A DNA stretch of 64,000 nucleotides from Syncephalis fuscata S228 (taxonomy: Eukaryota > Fungi > Zoopagomycota), in the NCBI GenBank assembly GCA_025786725.1, contig JAHLTZ010000006.1:186001-250000 (forward strand), in the 5' to 3' direction. Below the pieces are notes generated by a model that did no database searches, was not told the origin of the DNA, and saw only the letters and a list, made by a program, of their open reading frames with translations. The position numbers and the translations under genes are program-made. The stretch's first letter is position 1; each line of letters starts with the position of its first letter. Shown here piece by piece: positions 27,308-36,441 of this stretch.

Positions 27308-28678
27308 CTATCGTTGTTCTAAAAGCTGCATAAAATTCAGTGCTTTCCATCCTACGTCCATTGGAGGAAGCATTTGACCGGTGCCAGGAAATGCAATTAA
27401 TTGACGCTTAGATGTTGATGGTGCCAATAAAGCGCCTGTATCATTGCGTCTGACGATTCCAAGTGCCTGTTGCGTAGGATCCAGTGCTGCACGTTCGTCC
27501 AGTTCACCATGAAATGCGAGTATTGGTACGTCTTTAATTGCATTGATTAGTCCAGCTTGACGATTAGCATCAATTCGCCAAAGTAGACGATAATCGCGTA
27601 AAAGACCAGCCCGTCGCTCACCGCCCCAAGCAAAACATGTCTCGTAGTGAATAAATAGTTTAATAGCTTCGGGATGATGCGCCAGTTCGTCAAACAAAGC
27701 GCTATTCGGCATAGGTAGTTTGGCGCGCAATAGCGGGTCAGTAAGGAATCGCTGCGAAAACTCTATGGTTGCAGCCATTCCTGAAATAATCCGATGCATT
27801 TGATAGGCGCGGATATTAGAAACAAGGTTTGTGCCGAATGTAAATAGCTCACTAGCCATGGCACGTAATGAACGAGTAAATGCTGGTCCTAATAACGCAG
27901 ATATAAGCGTAACAGAATGGACACGATCGGGATATCGCGCTGCCAATGCCAATGCAGCTGTTGCGGATAAACGCCGCGCAACAAGATGTACTGGGCGCTT
28001 AACGCCAAGACTATCAAGAAATGCAATTATAGCGTCGATCTCAGCATCAAGTGACGATACAGTAGTGCTACGCAAATAGCCTGGTCGACCAATTGATAAA
28101 AGTGAAAAATGTGCCAACTCCTTATTATCACCTTTTTTTGTTGCTAGCTCGGCCTCCGATACGACGGACGCTGGCTGGGTTATTTTTGATAACGGTGAGC
28201 CGTAAATATCAGCTAGTATGGATAATTTACGTGCAAATATCTCATTTTCATCTAAATCTATAGCACAACAAGATTCTGTTGTTAGTGGCTTTTTTGTGCC
28301 TATTGTATCGATATAGCCATCACTGCCACCACCACGTGAATGTTGCCACGCCCAAGCAAGCCATGACGCAAGCCAACGTCCTTCGATGTAGCCACCATCA
28401 AGACAGACGACAACTGGATGTGCCATCACTTTAGCAGGATCGGGCGCCCCTTTCGAAAAGCTCGGACTTGCTCGTAAAAATGGTAAAGGAAATTCATCAC
28501 AGACATCAAATGTATACTGCAGTTGTACTGGAGACCGTTGCTGACCCACTACAAGCGGTGGTAGTGTCATACTACGCTGGTTGTATGTCATTAGCTGGTG
28601 TGTAAAAGCTGAATGACGACGTAAATGTCGAAATGACATGACAATTTGTTGGTAGAAGGAGGGCATTTGAGTAGACAT
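27308..28678 (-). CDS. Alpha/beta-hydrolase-fold protein with a degenerate nucleophile elbow, intronless
   Basis: Long ORF with RPGYLRS, IIAFLDSLGVKRPVHLVARRLSATAALALAARYPDRVHSVTLIS and VPILAFHGELDE, which resemble Abhydrolase_1/6 motifs but lack GxSxG. First ATG at 28678. Confidence 0.75.
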   Translation of the reverse strand: MSTQMPSFYQQIVMSFRHLRRHSAFTHQLMTYNQRSMTLPPLVVGQQRSPVQLQYTFDVCDEFPLPFLRASPSFSKGAPDPAKVMAHPVVVCLDGGYIEGRWLASWLAWAWQHSRGGGSDGYIDTIGTKKPLTTESCCAIDLDENEIFARKLSILADIYGSPLSKITQPASVVSEAELATKKGDNKELAHFSLLSIGRPGYLRSTTVSSLDAEIDAIIAFLDSLGVKRPVHLVARRLSATAALALAARYPDRVHSVTLISALLGPAFTRSLRAMASELFTFGTNLVSNIRAYQMHRIISGMAATIEFSQRFLTDPLLRAKLPMPNSALFDELAHHPEAIKLFIHYETCFAWGGERRAGLLRDYRLLWRIDANRQAGLINAIKDVPILAFHGELDERAALDPTQQALGIVRRNDTGALLAPSTSKRQLIAFPGTGQMLPPMDVGWKALNFMQLLEQR

Positions 28679-29856
28679 TTCGACTTGACGGCAAATAATA
28701 ACACTATAAATAACGCAAAAGTGGAACAAAATGGTTTATTGCTGACGTGAAAAAAGAATAATACGCTACACCCTATATCTGTTCTAGGATTGCATGTGTT
28801 TTATCGCGGATTAACTTTTATTACATTTATCCAACTCTTTTCTTATGCTAAATATCTACCGACAATAAGTTTTATGATAATGATATTTGGTGTCAAATGA
28901 CTTTGTTCTTTGAATACATTTGCTAGTTTACTAAAATGCCCTTTATGATAATAAGTGTTTTTTAGTGCTAAATAGCTTTTATTATATTTTAATTGGTCTT
29001 ATTACTATAACTCATTATTTTACTGATAACGTATTTTATAATATACAGGAATATTGGGTCAATTGCCTTTTATTTATTATTACTTAATTACCTGTTGTTA
29101 ATATTTCGTCTTACACTTTTATAAGTATTGTCTGTCAGTTCCACAGCACATAGTCTACGTTTCTTATGCTACTTCCAACGCTCAGGCTCAACCACGTCCT
29201 GCCACTACCACATGCTCTTCGGCCATTCGTAATGCAACTGTAATGGCCCAAATAAAGGCAGCTACACAACAAGTAGAGGCTGATAATCTGAAAGCACTTG
29301 ATACTCGCAGTGCGATAAACAAGCGCAGTATCTACACTGAAGATGCTAGCGATCATTGGTCAAGCGACTAGAATGGTTGAAATAAATTAGCCAGCTAATT
29401 CGACAGTATCGAATCTTGTTACATAAAAAGCAAATAATAAAATTAAAGCTATTGAGAAAACAGTTGATTAGCACAAAGTGTTGAAATATGTAAATTTAAG
29501 CTTCTGTATTTTTGCAAACATGTTAATAATATAGCTGATTATCATTTGCTAATTGTTGGATGTAAATAAAACATGAGCATAGACATGATGACTTGATCAA
29601 ACAAAGTAAAATGGAGCCATGTATTTATTACTAAAAATCTGAATAGTTGAATAAACACAACTGAATTCAGGTTTGCTAGTGATATAATGGTGCCACTGAT
29701 TAAAAGAAATAAACCGGATCATTGGCTGGAACTTGCTATATAAATAAGCTGAACGGCACTTGTCAAACGATCTTGCCTTGCGCCTAGTATATGCCTAGAA
29801 TAGATTGAACTAGTCGTTCAATTCTACTGCCAATGCCAATGTATTGGATGTACCGG

Positions 29857-31692
29857 TTATTCTATGTTTATAAATATATACACAAGTGATATGAATTAAT
29901 GTATAAACCAACAATGTATAACATCACTTACTCTCTATTAATGTCAAGTTATCGAACACAAAACATCACATAAAATTAATTCATAATCGACCAATATACT
30001 GTAGTACTTACTAACTATTAATATTAAATTATTAATGCATAAAATATATAATATACAATTAGCGCATAAATAATTATTATAAATTAGCACCTACCGCCTA
30101 TTAGTATTAGCATCAACATACACAATGAGCGTATAATTAGTAAACAGTTAATTAGCATACAATATCGCTTACATTCTATTAGCATTAAATTATTGATATA
30201 AAATATGTAGTGTATAAGCAATACATAGTTAATTAATATGCGCTAGTACTTACTGCCTATTAATATTAAATTATTGATATGCAATGAATATGCAATTAGT
30301 AAATAGTAATTATCATATAATAGCACTTACAATCTAATAGTGTTAAATTATTGATATGAAAATAAATTGCAATTAGTATATAGATGGCCAATATATAATA
30401 CGACTTACTCTCTGTTGATGTCAAGTTATCGAACATAGCACATAGCATGTAATTAGTGTATAATCCATTGACATATAATGTCACTTACCAACTATAATAT
30501 TAAAATATTGATACACGTTGCATAACATGCAGTTAGTACATATTCAATTGATATATAATGCCACTTACGATCTAATTCTATAAGTTATTTAATAAATACA
30601 ACGCATAAAATATAGTCAACACATATCCAATTGCTATAAGATATTACTTACTATCTATTGATATTAATTTGTTTATGCGCATTACATATATAACAAAATT
30701 AGCGTGTAGCTGCTTGATATACAATACTACTTACAGCCTATTATATTAATTTGTTGACACATACAGCACATAGCATGTAATTAGTGCATAGCCAACCAGT
30801 ATACAATACCACTTACCATCTGTTAATATTGAAGAATTAATTTAAGTGTCACATAAAATATTATTAGTGTGTAGTCGACTAATATACAATATTACTTACC
30901 ACCTAGTGTATTAAATTGTTCATTCACATAATGCGTAGCATGTAGTTAATATATAAACGATTAATACACAATGTTACTTACGACCTATTATATTAAGTTG
31001 TCGATGCACACAGCAATATTATGCAATTAGTGCAAACTCGATTAAGATACAATATTACTTACAAACTATTGATATCAAGTTGTCAATACAGATGGTACAT
31101 AGTAAGTAATTGATTTACAATTAATTAATGCAAAATATCACTTACCAACTATTAGTATCAAGTGGTTGATGTAGATTATACGTATAATGCAATTAGTACA
31201 TAAATAATTAATATTTAGCAAAACTTACGATCTATTGTATTAAGTTGTTGATACACATAGTACAGTACATTTAATTAGTATACAGCTAATCAATATACAA
31301 TGCCACTTACTGCCTATTAATGTTAAGTTATTGACATGCACAATAAACGGTATATAATTAATGCATATCCAGTCATTATATGGTGTACTTACAAGCTATT
31401 AATTTAAGGTGTTAAATGAAACATATATTTAGTTAAATTGTCAGTTGACATATAATATAGCTTACCTCTGGCTAATTTTAGTTTGGCAAATATAAACAAT
31501 ATTTAGTTAAATATTTAGTCAACGTGCAACACCACTTACATCCTATCAATGTTGTTATTACATATTAGCATTGCATATTTATTATAATTGTAACCTACTG
31601 CGATCAACCAAAACTGACTTAGCATCCACTGTGGATGTACTGGCCACAAAAGCCACGACGAGGGTGCAGATAACGGCAATAGAAAGCTTCAT
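29857..31692 (-). CDS. Micro-exon gene (23 exons, 22 introns) encoding a 54-aa secreted cysteine-rich prepropeptide MKLSIAVICTLVVAFVASTSTVDAKSVLVDRRSRACNLVCRDGYNLENCKCVKK
   Basis: Exon 1 is 31692-31599 (94 nt, phase 1, GTAGGT donor). Micro-exons (minus-strand sequence): 31540-42 GAT; 31466-71 CCAGAG; 31393-95 CTT; 31311-13 GCA; 31229-31 ATC; 31146-48 TTG; 31063-65 TTT; 30982-84 GTC; 30900-02 GTG; 30817-19 ATG; 30735-37 GCT; 30652-54 ATA; 30569-71 ATC; 30489-91 TTG; 30409-11 AGA; 30331-33 ATT; 30254-56 GCA; 30173-75 AAT; 30095-97 GCG; 30012-14 TTA; 29932-34 AGA. The last exon starts at 29861 (AA TAA stop). Every micro-exon is flanked by a YAG acceptor and a GTAAGT, GTAAGC or GTAGGT donor. The joined sequence is stop-free and gives a coherent secreted Cys peptide. 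Confidence 0.88.
29862..31539. repeat. Degenerate ~71-83-bp tandem array; each unit is one intron plus one micro-exon of the gene above
   Basis: The plus-strand pattern ACTTAC-NNN-CTA-TTAATATTAA.TT.TTGAT...AATTAGT...ATATA.AAT recurs about 21 times. Confidence 0.9.
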
Positions 31693-31830
31693 GATGATAA
31701 TGTTGATTGTTGAATCAAAGTAAAATGAATACTGCAAGCTTTTTGAAACAGTGTGAAAAATAGTGAGTGTTTAGCAGAAAGTGGGGTTTGATATGATGAT
31801 GCCACTGGTAAGTGTGCGTTTTTTGTGGAC

Positions 31831-31840
31831 TATTTAAATA
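31831..31840 (-). promoter_or_regulatory. Candidate TATA box of the micro-exon gene
   Basis: TATTTAAATA about 140 nt upstream of the ATG at 31692. A candidate AATAAA poly(A) signal lies at 29624-29629 (minus strand). Confidence 0.4.
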
Positions 31841-32596
31841 CATTGCTATTTTGGAGAACCAAACAATGTGTTCTATCAATTACAACACTGATACGCGATG
31901 TAAATCAATGAAACACATCCATGTGATAGCTTAAACCATCCATATACCGATGTAGCAACGCCATAGTAATATGTAATTAGGCCTTAACCCAATATGCTCG
32001 GATTGGGCCAGATGAAACAGCAATTTCAGCGATTCCGTACATATGTGGTAGAGTTGCAATAGAATTCTATTGCCTTGTTTAGAATTTGGACATGCGTCGC
32101 AAATGAAACATATTGGTTCCATTGGAGCATTGCAATGCATCACTATGCCTTTTACCGCCGCTTTTATCAACAACAACTCAATCTCAAATATTTTTACCCT
32201 TTCAAACCGAGTATAGCGCTAAACTTGTATTATTTACAGGTATATACTTTTATGCACAAGCTAGCTACACTTTTAAATTATAGATATATCGATTGGTTTA
32301 CAAATTCATTTAATGTGACATTGTAATTAAGCTACAAGAATAAACGAGTTATATTTAGCCTCGTGTAAATAAATGCTGATACAAACTTTATTGCTAATGA
32401 GTGATCTAACATGATGGCCTGAAAATGGTGTTTTGGCCTATTGGTTGGTTAACACGCCCTCCCCAGTTTTAGAAAGCGAGAGAGGGGGGAGGTTTCGTTT
32501 AGTTTGAATCTGTTTTATGGATGCGTAATGGATTATTCCGTAAGAAAAAAATCAATATTCCAAGATTTGAGGAGGTCACTACAGAAAATACTGTAT

Positions 32597-32768
32597 GTGG
32601 TGAGGTCTGCTTTGCGCGTGGTAAGGTCTGCTTTGCGCGTGGTAAGGTCTGCTTTGTGTGTGGTAAGGTCTGCTTTGTGTGTGGTAAGGTCTGCTTTGCG
32701 CGTGGTAAGGTCTGCTTTGTGTGTGGTAAGGTCTGCTTTGTGTGTGGTAAGGTCTGCTTTGCGTGTGG
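32597..32768. repeat. 21-bp minisatellite GTGGTAAGGTCTGCTTTG(C/T)G(C/T), 8 units
   Basis: Units start at 32597, 32618, 32639, 32660, 32681, 32702, 32723 and 32744. Confidence 0.95.
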
Positions 32769-33342
32769 ATATGTTCGAAAGGAATTGTCTTTTTTTCCTA
32801 CTTATGGCAGAAAAATTTCGCAATGCACGAATAAATCCTGATGGTTCATTATCTTAAACTAATTAATTTAATTAATCTAATTTATAACATTACAGTTTGA
32901 TTATAGAAGTGAGCGGGCTATTTTTAACACAGCGCAAATAGCTGCTGATACAAAGTATTATTCTTGATTACTAATTATTTGTGTTGATTCTTGGCTGTTA
33001 TGCATCGACTTGTTCGACGATCAAACATCAAATTTAGGTATTGGTGTTGTCAAATGTTTGATCATAAAGTACATACATATACTAGGTACCCATTATAATA
33101 TAAGACTTTATTAGTTGCTTGGATTACATTACAATTATATATATTATAATTTTTATTGTTATTTGTGAAATTAACATGTTATAATTAAATATATTCAATA
33201 ATTGCATTATATTATTCATTTTAACAATAATATTAATAATTTAGTTTTTTCTATATTTTATTACTATTAAACTACTATTGAACAATTTTATAAATAATTT
33301 TTAATCATAATTTAGTGATAAAATGACTAAAATTGATAAAAA

Positions 33343-34192
33343 TTGCGCAATTTAATAACATCCAACCTATTGAACATGATGATGGATGGTGAGTGACATC
33401 AATCATCAAATACTCATCATCATAGATTCATTATCAGTATGCATATGTCCAGTATACATATATACTTTATTCACTTATACCATTATTATTCTATGACATA
33501 TTGGATACATTATATTTGCTACATATTCCGAATACATATGCTTTGATGAATAAATAAGTTGAAATGAATAGACTTTTATCAAGGATAAAGCTAGAACCAA
33601 ACGGACAACGGCACTAGGTAGCACGTAGTTATTAGACAATAAAGCAATATAGCAATGTGATGAATATACAAGATGAAGTGGCGATTAGCTGTGTTAAAGC
33701 TACATTGCATATAAACTAGTAAGCGAATGAGCAACATTAGTCGGGCTTTATTAATAATAAGGCTAGAACAAACATAAAAGCTGTCTTGGATAGAGGAAGG
33801 CTAGGTGAGCATGAAATGACATAGGATAGAATGAGTACACAATGGGAAGAATGTGTATAATGCAATGACGGGAATGAGCAAAGTATATCAGAATATATAA
33901 AAAATAGAATGTGTCTAGTATGTCATAGAGTATTATATAGTAGTATGTAATAGAATGGAAATGATATAAATACTAGTTATATGCATACTAGATAATGAAT
34001 CTATTATGATGAGTATTTGATGATTGATGTCACTCACCACCCATCATCATGTTCAATAGGTTGGTTGTTATTAGTTGTTAGTCATTTACCATCAAACAAA
34101 CAATAAATGTGATGATGTAATGATTAAGTAAAACTCACCACTTGTCCCATGTTCAATAGATTAAATGTGTAGTTCAATTACGCAAATGTTAT
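33343..34192. mobile_element. Second copy of the MITE-like element, inverted relative to 18982-19920, with a single terminal module at its left end
   Basis: 33353-34192 is a near-identical reverse complement of about 18976-19806. Confidence 0.85.
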
Positions 34193-34425
34193 TAATTTTA
34201 AGCATCTTGACACCAAATCGTATTAAATAGCTAATAAGTTGTTTAATAACAATAGCAGAAATAAATAAAAAATCAATTAAATGAACAAATATTATACTTG
34301 GTTCTAATGTTCGGATGATCATACAGTATTTTATAATCATTTTACAATAAACGTTATATAATACTCTATCAATTATATTATTAGCAAATTGCTACTTTTT
34401 ATTAGCAATGTTCAGTATCGGCCAT

Positions 34426-35791
34426 TTAAATAGGATGGCGGAAGTTTTCACCGGCATATCGTGCATTGGTACCCATCTCCTCTTCAATGCGTAGCAACTG
34501 ATTGTACTTGGCAAGGCGCTCAGATCGGCATGGTGCGCCCGTCTTGATCTGGCCTGTACCAAGACCGACGACCAAGTCGGCAATGAAAGTATCCTCGGTC
34601 TCGCCAGATCGATGCGATACCATGGTACCCCAGCCATCATCGCGAGCCATCTGCGTAGCACGGATCGACTCGGTGACGGTACCGATTTGGTTAACCTTTA
34701 GCAAAAGACCATTGCAAGCCTTTTTGACGACTGCCGTTTCGATACGTGAAGGATTTGAGACGGTAAGATCATCGCCGACCACTTGGACTTGCTGACCAAT
34801 CTTGCTTGTAAAGGTAGACCAAGCACTCCAGTCGTCTTGTTCAAATGGATCCTCAATCGAAACAATTGGATAATCATTGACAAAGGAAGCATACAAGTCG
34901 CCAAGCTGTTCGCCAGTGATCCATTCATCTGGGTTGGAGGCTGAGTTTTTAAAGTCAAGATCGTACTTGCCATTATTGTAGAATTCAGAGGCAGCCGAGT
35001 CCATGGCAATCTTCACCTTGTCGGTGTAGCCTGCCTTGGCAATTGCTTGCTTCAACAGCTCAAGACCTTCACGGTTATCCTGGATATTAGGGGCAAAGCC
35101 ACCTTCGTCACCGACATTGGTAGCTAGAAATATTGAAATTAGATTTAAAAAATAAAAAAATATTAATTAACTTACCATCCTGTCCGTATTTGGTCTTAAT
35201 TACACCCTTAAGTGCGTGGTACACTTCGCTACCAATCTTCATGGCCTCGGTGAAGCTAGCGGCACCAGTAGGCATAATCATAAACTCCTGCATGGCAAGT
35301 TTGTTACCAGCATGTGAGCCACCGTTAATTACGTTAAAAGCAGGTACAGGCAAAACAATTTCGCTTTCTTTACGGCCAGCCAATTGAGCGATGTGGCGGT
35401 AGAGTGGAATGCCTTGTTGGGCGGCACCAGCCTTGCACACGGCAAGAGAAACACCCAAAATAGCATTAGCACCGAGCTTGCTCTTGTTTTGGGTGCCATC
35501 AAGCTTATTCAAAAAGTCATCAATGGCAGCTTGATTCGTTACATCCAAATTGGCGCTAATAAGTGCTGGTGCAATAACACTTTTGACGTTATCGACAGCT
35601 TGGTAAACACCTTTGCCAAGATAGTCGGCTTTGACACCGTCCCGTAGCTCATGTGCCTCATGAATACCAGTAGAGGCGCCGGAAGGCACAGCAGCACGGA
35701 ATACACCGAGGTTGGTCGTGACCTCGACTTCAACGGTTGGATTGCCGCGTGAGTCGAAGATCTGGCGGGCGTGAACCTTAGTAATAGCCAT
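34426..35791 (-). CDS. ENO1: Enolase; single intron 35124-35175
   Basis: [52 protein letters not shown] across the intron, [29 protein letters not shown]. Confidence 0.99.
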
Positions 35792-36441
35792 AGTGCTCGA
35801 GTAACAAGTATACGTCGTTAGTAAAACAACAGATAGCGCAAACAGCCTTATCTGTTCGTAGAAATAAAAGAAAAAGACGACAGAGCGATAACGATAAGCA
35901 ATCGTCGTATTTTCGACAATTAGGACGCCTTTTATAAATCCTTAACTACAAACTGCCCCAATTAGTGTCACGATTAAATCAGTGATGACGTTCGCTGTTG
36001 TTAATAACTGTTAATTTTTAACAGTTGTTATTCACACTCAGTAGATCCGAATGAGCGACCATTGTGTCAATTGATGTGAATGTGTGACCTGCTTTCTTTT
36101 CCACTCTGTATTGCGCCTCGTTTTCTTCTTATTATCGTGTTTTCTACTACGGGACACCGTTGTCATATGCACACGCCTCCACACGTGTGGAATGAACCTG
36201 ACAAGGCGTTGTTGCCGTTGCCATTGTCACTTTTGTTGTTTTTATTGTTGAGCTGTTCTTGGCTCGCGCGCTATTAGTGCACTTGTGCATACACAAGTTG
36301 ACTCATCCTTCTTTCGCATCTATTTCTGTTTTAGCATAAGTTATTCGTACAACAGCTTGTTTATCTCCTATCAACGCGTACCGTTCTTTCTTCTCCTTTT
36401 CCTATTCTTTTTATTCGTATTCAATAACGTATTCAGCCGCT

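Noticed and set aside
30569-30580. Alternative upstream acceptor giving a 9-nt exon AATTAGATC; also an alternative CAG at 31468-70 giving a 2-nt exon
   Set aside because: The 3-nt form matches the register of all other units, although the 9-nt form would stay in frame and cannot be excluded. The 2-nt form creates an immediate TAG.
29780-31542. Alternative phase-0 reading of the micro-exons is also open and hydrophobic (DPELAILFVVMAIILRIANALRNNRY...)
   Set aside because: Exon 1 has no good phase-0 donor (only GTTTTG or GTTGAT). The strong GTAGGT donor sets phase 1, which gives RR, four Cys and a stop at the start of the last exon. Treated as probable coincidence unless cDNA shows otherwise.
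29932-31542. Recursive-splicing ratchet points (zero-length AG|GT exons)
   Set aside because: AG and GT are separated by 3 or 6 variable nucleotides that encode a sensible peptide, rather than being adjacent.
29862-31560. CRISPR-like array or plain satellite interpretation of the ~80-bp periodic repeat
   Set aside because: Eukaryotic context, no cas genes and no identical repeats with unique spacers. The conserved positions are exactly splice donor, acceptor and branch motifs around 3-nt exons that assemble into an ORF.
32597-32768. Interstitial telomeric repeat
   Set aside because: The 21-bp unit has no TTAGGG-like core, and the telomere sequence of this organism cannot be seen in the window.
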